Positions 29,250 through 38,683 are shown, counted from the first letter of the stretch. The stretch: DNA of 46,019 nucleotides from Chthonomonadales bacterium (GCA_049967475.1 JBMFSQ010000018.1:21433-67451); one strand, 5' to 3'. Numbers and translations are program-made. The notes: generated by a model from the sequence alone, not told the origin.

Positions 29250-29281
29250 GAGAAAGACATAGACGTTCGTCTACTTTTCTC
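29250..29281. promoter_or_regulatory. Inverted repeat (possible operator or hairpin) upstream of the head cluster
   Basis: GAGAAA-gaca-TAGACG-tt-CGTCTA-ct-TTTCTC in an AT-richer divergent intergenic region. Confidence 0.45.
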
Positions 29282-29396
29282 ACTGCACATCCCCACGCAG
29301 GGAAAATGGTCCTCCGCGTCGTACTTACTCCTGAGCGTCTGCGGCCTCATGCCCGCTGTACGCAAGCCGACACGCACCGTGTTGAGGAGCATCACC

Positions 29397-32300
29397 ATGA
29401 TCCCGATCCTAGCTCAATGCGCCGCCGCACTAGCCGTTGCCCCGTGCGCCATGCCCCTCCGCCAAAACGCCGCACCCGGCGCATGGCAATTGACAGGCTC
29501 CGGATCGAGAACGCTTGGGGGACCTGGGGGCCGGGAGGTCTTCCTCGTCCGCGGCACCGGCGACGACATGGGATATTGGGCTCATCCCGTGGCAGGTCTG
29601 AAACCCCAAGCGCTTTACCGAGTGTCGTTTCTCGCCCGCGTCGAGCCTGGGTCCAGCAGCGGCACGGTCATCAGCGGTCTGGATCGCTGCAATCGGGACT
29701 TTGCAGTCACAACCGAGTGGCAGCGCTACAGCTTCGTCTTCACCGCTCCTTCGGATCTCTCGGGAGCCTTCCTCCGCTTCGGGCAATGGCATCTCCGTGG
29801 AACCGTCCAGATCGCCGGCGGCACGCTCAACCCGGTGGATCCGGTATACGCCCGCTCCGGCGCGCTTGAACTGGGGGATGGCGAAACCGTGTTCGGGAAG
29901 GAGTATCGCTTCACGGCCCCACTGGGTTCCGAAGGCTCCAACAGCGCCAGGCCCCTCGTGCGGCACACCGCCGCGTTCAACTCCAACCGGTGGCTCTTCA
30001 CAGAGGGCAGCGAGGTGGTGTATCGTCATGTACTCCCGGCGGATCAGATCGGCGGCCGCGTGGGCCTCGACATCGGCTACTATGCCGGAGGCGAGTGCAT
30101 CGTGAGTGCGTCCAAGGACGGCCAAGCGTGGGAGGAGATCGGCCGAGCCAAGGGCCCCGGCAGGTTTGAGGCGGACCTCCCGCAATCCCTCTTTCCCGCG
30201 CGGGAGATCTGGATCCGATTGACGGGCGCCTCCCAGCCCTATGCCGCCGGCAATGCGCAACCCGGAGCCTTCCAGATAGACCAATATGAATACCGATCTC
30301 AGCTCGTCAAGCCGGTGGGCGATCTGTCCGGAAGAACCTTCTACCTGGAATTCACGCGCAAGGATCCCGGTCTGGCGGTTCATGTTGTCAGCCTCGGCAC
30401 CCTCACCGGCGCGCCGGGCGACGCAGCCCAGATCGAGGTAACGCCTTCGCCGGGTATAAGCGGAGCAGCCTACGCTACGGTTGCCGTCCGCCCGGAAGAA
30501 GGCTCCGCTGCGCTGTTCAGCGGCGCCGCCTCGCTGCGCCCCGGCCGTACCAGCCTCATCCGCATCCCATACCGCATTCCAGGAACGGGCAATCTCCGCA
30601 TCACCCTTCTGGTGGGCACGATGAACCCAACCGGATCCAGGCTTCGCGCCTCTGCATGGACGCAGGCGTACCTTTCGCCCTACTTCGCAGCCGATTACGG
30701 ATACGGGCTGCAGCGTCTGCCTGATGGCGGGTCACTCTGGTGGTGCGAGGGGACGTACAAAATCAACCCGCACCGCCCACCCCCGCCCGTGGCCCAAGGG
30801 CGCCGGCCGCCCGCTGGTGCCGGTATTCGCCTCTACGCCGCCCGCCGCGAACGCGTGGCCGCGCAGCTCGTGTGGTTTGCAGGGGCAGCGCCGCCGCCCG
30901 TGCGCGTGCAGGCTACCGATCTGGCCGGACCGCGAGGCGCCAGAATACCAGCCTCCAGCATCCTGCTTCGGGAAGTTGCCTACGTGCGCGTTCGGATGGT
31001 CACCGATGCCATTGGGATCCCGGGCGAATGGCCGGATCCTTTGCCGCCTCTGGAGAACCCTTGGCATCCGCAGCCCAACCGGAATAATCCCCTTTGGATT
31101 ACCGTGTCCGTACCCGAAGGGGCGAAGGCCGGCGATTATGCGGGGGACATATTGCTCACATCGGAAGGCCATAGGCGCCCCATTCGGGTGCCCATCCGGC
31201 TCCACGTATGGAACTTCAGTTTGCCGAAGCATACCGCCCTCAGATCCGGCTTCGGCATCAACCCCGGAAATCTCAGCAGGTATCACAACTTGAAGACGCC
31301 TCAACAGCTTGCTCAGGTATGGGACTTGTACATGCGCTCCTTCGCACTCCACAGGCTCTGTCCATATAACCCGATGGCATTGGCGCCCATCAACGTAAGC
31401 GTCACAGGCGCGTCGTGGATCGGAGGGCAGCGCGACCCATCGGAACACTTCCACGGCAGCTACAGCATGAAGATCGCCGACGATCGTACCGACGCCGTGG
31501 TCCAGGCTCAGACGGCAGACCTCATCTCGGTGACGCCGGGAGCCGACTACCTGCTGCAATGGGCCGTGAAAACGCAGAGGCCGGGCCAGAACTATCAAAT
31601 CAGCGTAGACTGCTATGACGCGGCCGGAAACTGGATCCCTTACCACAATATAGACGTTGTTCGCACCGGCTCGGGCCATTGGGAGGAGGCCCGTGAGACG
31701 CTCAAGGCCAGGATCCCGCCGGAGGCGCGCTCCGTGCGCATCTTCCTGATGCCGTGTCCGTGGACGGAGCACGGCGAGAATACGGGCACAGCCTGGTTCG
31801 ATGACATCTCCTTCACCCGCCTTCCCAGCGGCCCGAACCTCGTGGCGGACGGCGGCTTCGAGCAGCCCAGCCGTCTGAAGGTGCACATGGACTTCACCCA
31901 ATTCGACCAGGCCGCACACCGCTACCTGGACGAGATGGGCTTCAACTCCTTCACCATCGGCTTCATGGGGCTGGGCGGAGGCCGTTATCCCCACTATGAC
32001 AACGGATCTTTCTTCGGGTACCCGGCAGGCACCCCGGAATATGATCTCCTCATGCGCCAATACGGCCGCATGCTGCAAGAGCACCTGGAAGAGCACGGCT
32101 GGCTCAACAAAGCATACGTTTATTGGTACGATGAGCCGGAACCGGCCGACTACCCCTTCGTGGTGCAAGGGATGAAACGCCTCGCCCGATACGCACCCAA
32201 ACTCAAGCGCATGCTCACCGAACAGGTGGAAGACCCTCTCATAGGAAGTGTGGACCTGTGGTGCCCCATCACGCCCAATTACTCCCCGGCCAAGGAACAG

Positions 32301-32927
32301 GCCCGCCAGCAACACGGCGAAGAGGTATGGTGGTACGTCTGCACCGGCCCCAAAGAACCGTACGTGGGCCTCTTTATAGACCACCCGGCCATCGAGCTGC
32401 GTATGTGGCTCTGGCAGACGTGGAAGTACCACGTCCAGGGCATCCTCATCTGGGACACCACCTGGTGGACCAGCCCTGCGCAGTTCAGGAATGGCCGCGA
32501 CCAGAACCCGTGGGAAGATCCCATGAGTTACACCGACAGCCCGGGAGGGGTATGGGGCAACGGAGACGGCCGCTTCTTCTATCCGCCCAATCGCCACCCC
32601 AATGAAGACCGCACCACTCCCTTTGTGTGCCCGCCGGTTGAGTCGCTTCGATGGGAGATGCTGGGCGAAGGAGTGCAGGACTGGGAGTATTTCCACCTCC
32701 TGGCGTCGCTGATCCATCGTGCGGAAGCATCCGGGATGCGCGGCCCCATCCTAAACCGGGCCCGAACCCTCCTCACCGTGCCCGACGCGATCTGCAAGGA
32801 TATGACGCACTACACGCGAAACCCGCAGCTTCTGTACCGCCGGCGCATGGAGTTGGCTCGGGCCATCGAGGCGATGTCGGCGCATAGGGCGAACGCGGCG
32901 GGCGCAGGTGCACGGAGGCAGCCATGA
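29397..32927 (+). CDS. Large secreted glycoside hydrolase, GH123-like/DUF4091, with CBM-like domains
   Basis: ATG 29397 after GAGGAG; signal-like N-terminus; YWYDEP, WWYVC, GDGRFFYP, SLRWEMLGEGVQDWEY; CBM4/9-like segments (AWFDDISF, NLVADGGFE). Confidence 0.75.
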   Translation: MIPILAQCAAALAVAPCAMPLRQNAAPGAWQLTGSGSRTLGGPGGREVFLVRGTGDDMGYWAHPVAGLKPQALYRVSFLARVEPGSSSGTVISGLDRCNRDFAVTTEWQRYSFVFTAPSDLSGAFLRFGQWHLRGTVQIAGGTLNPVDPVYARSGALELGDGETVFGKEYRFTAPLGSEGSNSARPLVRHTAAFNSNRWLFTEGSEVVYRHVLPADQIGGRVGLDIGYYAGGECIVSASKDGQAWEEIGRAKGPGRFEADLPQSLFPAREIWIRLTGASQPYAAGNAQPGAFQIDQYEYRSQLVKPVGDLSGRTFYLEFTRKDPGLAVHVVSLGTLTGAPGDAAQIEVTPSPGISGAAYATVAVRPEEGSAALFSGAASLRPGRTSLIRIPYRIPGTGNLRITLLVGTMNPTGSRLRASAWTQAYLSPYFAADYGYGLQRLPDGGSLWWCEGTYKINPHRPPPPVAQGRRPPAGAGIRLYAARRERVAAQLVWFAGAAPPPVRVQATDLAGPRGARIPASSILLREVAYVRVRMVTDAIGIPGEWPDPLPPLENPWHPQPNRNNPLWITVSVPEGAKAGDYAGDILLTSEGHRRPIRVPIRLHVWNFSLPKHTALRSGFGINPGNLSRYHNLKTPQQLAQVWDLYMRSFALHRLCPYNPMALAPINVSVTGASWIGGQRDPSEHFHGSYSMKIADDRTDAVVQAQTADLISVTPGADYLLQWAVKTQRPGQNYQISVDCYDAAGNWIPYHNIDVVRTGSGHWEEARETLKARIPPEARSVRIFLMPCPWTEHGENTGTAWFDDISFTRLPSGPNLVADGGFEQPSRLKVHMDFTQFDQAAHRYLDEMGFNSFTIGFMGLGGGRYPHYDNGSFFGYPAGTPEYDLLMRQYGRMLQEHLEEHGWLNKAYVYWYDEPEPADYPFVVQGMKRLARYAPKLKRMLTEQVEDPLIGSVDLWCPITPNYSPAKEQARQQHGEEVWWYVCTGPKEPYVGLFIDHPAIELRMWLWQTWKYHVQGILIWDTTWWTSPAQFRNGRDQNPWEDPMSYTDSPGGVWGNGDGRFFYPPNRHPNEDRTTPFVCPPVESLRWEMLGEGVQDWEYFHLLASLIHRAEASGMRGPILNRARTLLTVPDAICKDMTHYTRNPQLLYRRRMELARAIEAMSAHRANAAGAGARRQP

Positions 32928-33691
32928 AGCGCGCGGCATGGGTGGTAATCCTGTTGCTGGCTCTGGCAGGATTGGGGTGGTACGCGCTTCAGGAGAAGCC
33001 GGCCACGCATACGCGCAAAAACGAAGCCCTCCTCACTGCCGCCGGCGCCCATGACCATGCCGGTGTCGAGAACCTGCTCCAACACGGAGCCCATGCCGAT
33101 GCCAAGGATGCCTTCGGGCGCACGCCCCTCATGCTGGCAGCCGGCTCGGGGGATATCGGTTCCATGCGCGTGCTGCTCCAGTATGGCGCGAACCCCAATG
33201 CCAAAGACGTTGATGGGCGCACACCTCTCATGTGGGCTGCCATGAACCATCAGCCCTCGGCCATCGCCCTGCTTCTAACCAGGAATGCCGATGTGAACGC
33301 CGGCGATCTGGACGGCACCACGGCTCTTATGTACGCCTGCTCCAACGGAGAGATGGATGCCATCCTTCCTCTCCTGCAGCACGGCGCAGACGTCAACCTT
33401 GCCCGTAAGGACGGGCAAACGGCCCTCATGGTGGCCGCTCTCCACGGAAATGTGCGCGCAGTACAGGCGCTCATCGCCCGAGGAGCCCGCGTCAACGACC
33501 GCAACTCTGCAGGCGAAACCGCCTTGATCCTCGCGGCCCGCAAGGGGTCCGCATCCACGGTCAAACTCCTCCTAGAACACGGGGCGGATGCTGCGTTAAA
33601 AGATCATGCGGGCAATACAGCCTTGGACGCAGCGGCGCAGCGGGGGAACCTGTCTGCCGCAGAACTTCTAAGAAGACATCACAGCCCGTAA
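32924..33691 (+). CDS. Ankyrin-repeat protein with N-terminal membrane anchor/signal
   Basis: About 6 GxTPL/AL...A...G...LL..GADVN repeats; ATGA overlap with the upstream gene. Confidence 0.92.
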   Translation: MKRAAWVVILLLALAGLGWYALQEKPATHTRKNEALLTAAGAHDHAGVENLLQHGAHADAKDAFGRTPLMLAAGSGDIGSMRVLLQYGANPNAKDVDGRTPLMWAAMNHQPSAIALLLTRNADVNAGDLDGTTALMYACSNGEMDAILPLLQHGADVNLARKDGQTALMVAALHGNVRAVQALIARGARVNDRNSAGETALILAARKGSASTVKLLLEHGADAALKDHAGNTALDAAAQRGNLSAAELLRRHHSP

Positions 33692-33719
33692 CCAAGCCAT
33701 TGGGGCTTCAGGAGATGCC

Positions 33720-34748
33720 GTGACCTTGCTTCCCGTTAAAACGGAAGTTCTGCGCGTGGATGCTGCCGATCCTCAGCCCGAAGCCATTGAGCGGGCGGCG
33801 GCAGTGATCCGTGAAGGCGGTCTCGTAGCCTTCCCAACGGAGACCGTGTACGGATTGGGCGCCGATGCCACGCGCCCGGATGCCGTAGCCGCCATCTATG
33901 CGGCAAAGGGCAGGCCGCCCACAAACCCGATCATCGTTCATGTTGCTTCGGTGGAAGAGGCGCAACAGGTGGCGGCGCAATGGCCCCAAGTGGCGTCGCG
34001 CCTCGCACAACGCTTCTGGCCCGGGCCCCTTACGCTCGTTGTTTGGCGCAGCCCCCGCGTACCGGCTATTGTGGCCGGAGGTGGGGACACGGTGGCTGTG
34101 CGCGCGCCTGCCCACCCTGTAGCCCAAGCGCTCATCCAAGCGAGCGGTGTACCCATAGCGGCGCCGAGCGCCAACCGATCCAGCCGGGTGTCCCCAACGA
34201 GGGCGGAGCATGTGCTCAAGCACCTTGAAGGACGCATCCACCTTGTTTTAGACGGCGGCCCTACGCCCGGAGGCATCGAGTCCACCGTCCTGGACGTAAC
34301 GTGCGTCCCTCCACGGCTGCTGCGTCCGGGCCCCATCCCGCCAAGAGATCTGCAAAAGATCGCAGGAACCGTCGAACTCCATGCCCCTCTTCGCACAGCA
34401 GGGCCCATGCCGTCGCCGGGGATGCTTCCGCGGCACTATGCCCCATCCGTACCCCTGGAGCTCGCTGCCGGTAGCGGAAGGCAGCGCGTCGAAGATCTCG
34501 TGAGCCGGGGAATTCGCACCGGGTGGCTTCCGTTCCATCCTTCCAACCCCGTGCCGGGCGCGGTCACCATCCCCATGCCCCGCAATCCCGGGGACTACGC
34601 ATCGCTCCTCTACGCAACGCTCCACACGCTGGAGGACGCCGGCGTCCAAATCATCGTTGCTGCCATGCCGCCGAACCGAGAGGAGTGGCTCGGCGTGCGG
34701 GACCGCCTGCTTCGAGCGGCCGCGCCGCAGGAGGAAGGGGGTCCTTAA
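33720..34748 (+). CDS. sua5: L-threonylcarbamoyladenylate synthase (Sua5 type)
   Basis: VAFPTETVYGLGA, KGRP..NPIIVH, APSAN, GIESTV, PGMLPRHYAP; C-terminal SUA5 domain. Confidence 0.95.
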   Translation: MTLLPVKTEVLRVDAADPQPEAIERAAAVIREGGLVAFPTETVYGLGADATRPDAVAAIYAAKGRPPTNPIIVHVASVEEAQQVAAQWPQVASRLAQRFWPGPLTLVVWRSPRVPAIVAGGGDTVAVRAPAHPVAQALIQASGVPIAAPSANRSSRVSPTRAEHVLKHLEGRIHLVLDGGPTPGGIESTVLDVTCVPPRLLRPGPIPPRDLQKIAGTVELHAPLRTAGPMPSPGMLPRHYAPSVPLELAAGSGRQRVEDLVSRGIRTGWLPFHPSNPVPGAVTIPMPRNPGDYASLLYATLHTLEDAGVQIIVAAMPPNREEWLGVRDRLLRAAAPQEEGGP

Positions 34749-34754
34749 GAGCAG

Positions 34755-35237
34755 CTACTTTGGGAAGAGTGTCCAGCGCCCCTCGTCATTGCACGAAGCT
34801 TCCGCGATGAGCGTTCGAGGATCCGGGCTCCCCGGAGGACTGGGAATGTAGAAGCGCACGTAGCGGAAGCCATACTCGCGCCCGTAAGGGATGAGGGCGC
34901 CTGTCATCACACGCTGAAGGGTCTCGGCGTCTCCGCGCGCGAGGGTGATTTCGAGGGTGTCCAGCTCTTCGCCTTCGGCAATGCCCGTGACGACCGAACC
35001 GTACTGTTCCTGAATATACCGAAAGAGGGGCAAGCGTTCGCGGGTAAAGCGGCGCCGCACTTCTTCTTCGCGGGTTTGGGGCGGTTCCAGTGGCTGTGAT
35101 CGTTTCAATGGGGCGCCAAACAAAGCAGATTGGGGTTTCGCTCCACCGGGCGGTGCGCTTCGCAGGAGGCGGGGTACCACCAACCACCCTGCCGATGCAA
35201 CAAGAGCCACACCCAGGATCACTGCGGCGGCTTTCAT
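34755..35237 (-). CDS. Hypothetical membrane-anchored protein
   Basis: ATG 35237 overlaps the moaE stop (ATGA); N-terminal hydrophobic helix MKAAAVILGVALVASAGWLVV. Confidence 0.7.
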   Translation of the reverse strand: MKAAAVILGVALVASAGWLVVPRLLRSAPPGGAKPQSALFGAPLKRSQPLEPPQTREEEVRRRFTRERLPLFRYIQEQYGSVVTGIAEGEELDTLEITLARGDAETLQRVMTGALIPYGREYGFRYVRFYIPSPPGSPDPRTLIAEASCNDEGRWTLFPK

Positions 35238-35695
35238 GGCGGCGGCACTAGATCGTCTCCCTCGACCCAGTAGGTGCCGTCGGGACCCACCTCTTTTTTC
35301 CAGATGGGCACGGTCTCTTTGAGCGTGTCTATCAACCACCGGCACGCCTCAAAGGCCTCGGCACGGTGCGGGCTTCCCACGCAGATGGCTACGCTGATCT
35401 CGCCCACCTCCATCCGACCGATGCGGTGTTCGATCACGGCGTCCACGGGCCAGCGTTCCGACGCCTCGGCGGCCAACCGCCTGATGAGCTTTTCGGCCAT
35501 AGGAACGTATGCGTCGTACTCCAGATAGGCCACTTTCCTCCCGTGCGAATGGTTCCGCACTTGGCCGATGAACGTCACCACTGCACCGTTCCTGGGGCCG
35601 GACACGAGGCGTGTCAGAGCTGCCGTGTCAATGGGATCCCGCACGATGCGGCTGGATTGTGAGGAGTTCCTGCGTTTCGAGCGTGCGTCAGCCAT
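35234..35695 (-). CDS. moaE: Molybdopterin synthase catalytic subunit
   Basis: GAVVTFIGQVR, LEYDAY, HRIG, SPHRAEAFEAC, LKETVPIWKKE. Confidence 0.95.
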   Translation of the reverse strand: MADARSKRRNSSQSSRIVRDPIDTAALTRLVSGPRNGAVVTFIGQVRNHSHGRKVAYLEYDAYVPMAEKLIRRLAAEASERWPVDAVIEHRIGRMEVGEISVAICVGSPHRAEAFEACRWLIDTLKETVPIWKKEVGPDGTYWVEGDDLVPPP

Positions 35696-35703
35696 GGTTC
35701 ACC

Positions 35704-35946
35704 TCAACCGCCGCTCATCGGCGGAATGAAGGCGAGGGTGTCTCCATCCTTGAGTTCGGCTCCGCTAGGAGTATATTCCTCGTTCACCGCCACCCGACAG
35801 ATGCGCGCGAGCCCTGCCAGCCGCGCATCTTGCCTCTCCAGCTCCCGAGCGGCATCGGATGGGGTGCTTCCTGCGGGCACATCCAGTTCCACCCCGTCGG
35901 GATACACAGAACTGAAATGCCCGAATAAGAGAACCTTGATGCGCAT
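35704..35946 (-). CDS. moaD: MoaD domain, likely also translated alone from an internal start
   Basis: AAGGAGGT (35951-35958) precedes an in-frame ATG at 35946; 80 aa ending PPMSGG; adjacent to moaE. Confidence 0.75.
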   Translation of the reverse strand: MRIKVLLFGHFSSVYPDGVELDVPAGSTPSDAARELERQDARLAGLARICRVAVNEEYTPSGAELKDGDTLAFIPPMSGG

Positions 35947-36849
35947 AGGCACCTCCTTGCCGCAGGCCAGATGCCGAAGGACGCGAACGTTCACTTCGTG
36001 CATCGTTTCCGCCTCGGGGGTCTCCACCAGCACCGGGATGGACCACAGGCGTGGGTCGGTAACCAGTCGCCGGAAGGCCGCCAACCCAATCTGGCCGCGT
36101 CCCAAGTGCTCGTGGCGGTCCACGCGGCTGCCCAGGGGCTTCTTCGCGTCATTGGCATGGATCAGTCTGAGCCGCTCCAATCCTATGAGACGATGGAAGC
36201 GAGCCAAAGTGTCCTCATAGGCCTCTTCCGTACGGATATCGTACCCTGCCGCGAAGATATGGCACGTGTCCAAACAAACGCCCAGACGGCCGGTATCGCC
36301 GCACAGATCCAATACGCGGGCGATCTGATCGAAGGTTGCTCCTAGGCATGTTCCCTGCCCAGCCGTCGTCTCCAGCGCCACTCCCACGTTCATGCCGGAG
36401 GTGCTTTCCAGTACCTGGCGCAGACTTTCAGCCAGGAGAAGCAGAGCGGCCTCCTCCCCGCTTCCAAGGTGCGCCCCCATATGCGTCACGACCCATTCCA
36501 ATCCCAGCGCTTCGGCCCGCCGCAATTCCGCAACAAAGGCCTGGCGTGATCGCTCCAAAAGCGCTCCATCCGGGGCGCAGAGATTGATGAGGTACGAGTC
36601 ATGAGCCGCCGCATGAATGATGCCGGACGCCCTGCGGGATTGGCGAAAGGAGTGCGCTGCCTCTTCATCCGGAGCCGGGGCATTCCATTGCCGGGGGCTT
36701 GCCGTAAAGATCTGCACCGCGTCACATCCGATGGCGGCGCCCCGCGTGATCGCATGGACGAGGCTGCCGCCCGTAGGCATGTGAGCCCCTATGGGCCTGG
36801 GATTGCGCTCGGTGTCCTTGCAGTGAGCGGTCCCCGGCGCGTCCTTCAC
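35704..36849 (-). CDS. nfo: Endonuclease IV fused in frame to a MoaD/ThiS sulfur-carrier domain
   Basis: Nfo motifs IGAH, QIF, HDSYLINL, HMG, LETTAGQG, CLDTCH, HANDAK...DRHEH, VETP. Then MRIKVLLFG...VAVNEEY...LKDGDTLAFIPPMSGG* with no intervening stop. Confidence 0.9.
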   Translation of the reverse strand: MKDAPGTAHCKDTERNPRPIGAHMPTGGSLVHAITRGAAIGCDAVQIFTASPRQWNAPAPDEEAAHSFRQSRRASGIIHAAAHDSYLINLCAPDGALLERSRQAFVAELRRAEALGLEWVVTHMGAHLGSGEEAALLLLAESLRQVLESTSGMNVGVALETTAGQGTCLGATFDQIARVLDLCGDTGRLGVCLDTCHIFAAGYDIRTEEAYEDTLARFHRLIGLERLRLIHANDAKKPLGSRVDRHEHLGRGQIGLAAFRRLVTDPRLWSIPVLVETPEAETMHEVNVRVLRHLACGKEVPMRIKVLLFGHFSSVYPDGVELDVPAGSTPSDAARELERQDARLAGLARICRVAVNEEYTPSGAELKDGDTLAFIPPMSGG

Positions 36850-37916
36850 TTTTGCCCCTGTATGGCGAGGGTGCTGGTGCGGGCGGCCACCTGCCCCGCG
36901 ATGGCCCGGAAGGCTGCCGCTTGCCTGGATGATGGAGCCGCCAAGATGGCCGGAATGCCGGCATCACCGCTTTCACAGATGGCCGGATCCAGCGGCACCG
37001 CCCCGAGGAAAGGCACTCCCAGAGCCTCTGCAGACCGCCGGCCGCCTCCATGGCTGAACAAAGGCGTCTCGGTGCCGCACTTGGGGCAAACGAAGCCGCT
37101 CATATTCTCGATGACACCCAAAATCGGAATGGATCGCCCCACGCCGGCTTCCATCTGCCGAAACATGTCAATCGCCTTGTCCGCGATGCGCTGTGCTACC
37201 TGCTGCGGCGTCATCACCACCACCACGCCGGAAAGGGGAATGAGCTGTGCCAAGGACATGGACGCATCACCGGTACCCGGGGGAAGGTCTACTAACAGGT
37301 AATCCAATTCGCCCCAGGCCACGTCGCTCAACAGTTGCTGCAGGAATTTGCCGATCATCGGTCCCCGCCACACGACGGCCTTTCCTTCATCCAGGAAGAA
37401 GCCAAGGGACATGATCTTCACGCCGTACCGCTCCACGGGGATGATGCGCTCCCCCATGACCTCGGGCTGTTCGACGGCCCCCATCATGAGAGGGATCGTC
37501 GGGCCGTAGACGTCGGCATCCAGGATGCCCACGCGTGCTCCGGTGTCGGCCAGCGCAATAGCCAGATTGCACGACACCGTAGACTTACCCACGCCTCCCT
37601 TGCCGCTGGCTACGGCGATTACATTGCGCACATCGGGGATCAGCGGCCCGGAAGGGAGCGCCGTGCGCACCTGGGCCGTCATCTCCACTTCGACGTGATC
37701 CACTCCGGGAAGGGATTGCACGGCAGCGCGCGCCTGTTCCTTAAGCTGGTCCTTTACGGGGCATGCCGGCGTGGTGAGTTCGATCTTGAAGGACACATTC
37801 CCGCCGCAGATCTTGAGGTCCTTCACAAATCCCAGGGATACGATGTCTCTGCCCAGATCAGGATCCTGTATCGTTCGAAGCGCATCCAAGATACGCCGCT
37901 CGATTTCGTCCGCCAT
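36846..37916 (-). CDS. mrp: Mrp/ApbC (NBP35) Fe-S cluster carrier ATPase with N-terminal DUF59 domain
   Basis: DPDLGRDIVSLG, LTTPACP, SGKGGVGKST, DADVYGP, DLPPGTGD, ENMSGFVCPKC. Start is 37916 or 37934. Confidence 0.93.
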   Translation of the reverse strand: MADEIERRILDALRTIQDPDLGRDIVSLGFVKDLKICGGNVSFKIELTTPACPVKDQLKEQARAAVQSLPGVDHVEVEMTAQVRTALPSGPLIPDVRNVIAVASGKGGVGKSTVSCNLAIALADTGARVGILDADVYGPTIPLMMGAVEQPEVMGERIIPVERYGVKIMSLGFFLDEGKAVVWRGPMIGKFLQQLLSDVAWGELDYLLVDLPPGTGDASMSLAQLIPLSGVVVVMTPQQVAQRIADKAIDMFRQMEAGVGRSIPILGVIENMSGFVCPKCGTETPLFSHGGGRRSAEALGVPFLGAVPLDPAICESGDAGIPAILAAPSSRQAAAFRAIAGQVAARTSTLAIQGQK

Positions 37917-37974
37917 GAGTATCACTTCCACCATAAGGGTGTTTGATTATACCTCGGGCGGGTACCCCGCAGCG

Positions 37975-38670
37975 TCAGGAACGGAATGGCGCTCCTTTGA
38001 AGAAGCCCAAAGAACGCAGAAGCGTGACGGCCATGAGTACATTCCCCACGGGGTTCATATGAACGCCATCCGTGGTAAGAGTGTATCCGGGGTCGGCCGC
38101 CTTTCCCCGATGCAAAGCATCCACGAAGGCATGATGCATGGGGCAGACCCGCACGCCGAGTGCACTTCCTACGCGCTCCATAGCTGCGACATAATCATCC
38201 AGCATGCGGTTGGCGCGGGTGCGGCGATCCTCACCGATAACCGTGGGAGTTACCAACACGATATCGGCCCGGGTACTCTGCTGCAACTTCCGCACCAAGC
38301 GCTCCAGCGTGTCCTCGTAAAGCGGCAAGGGAATGCCGTTGGGCCCGCCGCCCTCCGGGATCTCGACGTTGGCTTCGAAGTCGAAGAAGCCGTGCCAAAC
38401 GTCGTTGACGCCCACGTTCACGGTAACCCAATCCGGGTCCTCAGAGATCACGTCCTTGTCCAGGCGGGCGTACATATCCACAATGCGGTTGCCGCTTACA
38501 CCGCGGTTCACCACCCTGATGGAGCGTTCGGGATAGACGGCAGCGATCATTCGCGCCATCACCGATACGTATCCGTCCGGCGCTTCGGTGATGCTGTCAC
38601 CCAAGCATACGAGCTTCTGTCTGGGCTGCAGCAAGAAGCCGTCTCCATGCGCATCGGTCCTTCGGTTCAT
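37975..38670 (-). CDS. SGNH/GDSL hydrolase
   Basis: GDSIT, NRGVSG, GVNDV, DGVH blocks; start at 38670 with a GGAGGAG SD. Confidence 0.92.
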   Translation of the reverse strand: MNRRTDAHGDGFLLQPRQKLVCLGDSITEAPDGYVSVMARMIAAVYPERSIRVVNRGVSGNRIVDMYARLDKDVISEDPDWVTVNVGVNDVWHGFFDFEANVEIPEGGGPNGIPLPLYEDTLERLVRKLQQSTRADIVLVTPTVIGEDRRTRANRMLDDYVAAMERVGSALGVRVCPMHHAFVDALHRGKAADPGYTLTTDGVHMNPVGNVLMAVTLLRSLGFFKGAPFRS

Positions 38671-38683
38671 GCACTCCTCCCCG

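Noticed and set aside
29258..29270. Possible LexA (GAAC-N4-GTTC) box upstream of the capsid module
   Set aside because: Only the GTTCG half-site is present; the left half does not match.
19340..29396. att sites, terminal repeats or Mu-type ends flanking the capsid module
   Set aside because: No direct repeat, tRNA or recombinase was seen by eye. A computational repeat search is needed to exclude short att cores.
30732..32717. Long antisense/alternative-frame ORFs (e.g. 30732-32717, 4742-6106, 8260-9411, 28292-29869, 20076-21293)
   Set aside because: They shadow well-supported genes, lack motifs and are expected in high-GC DNA.
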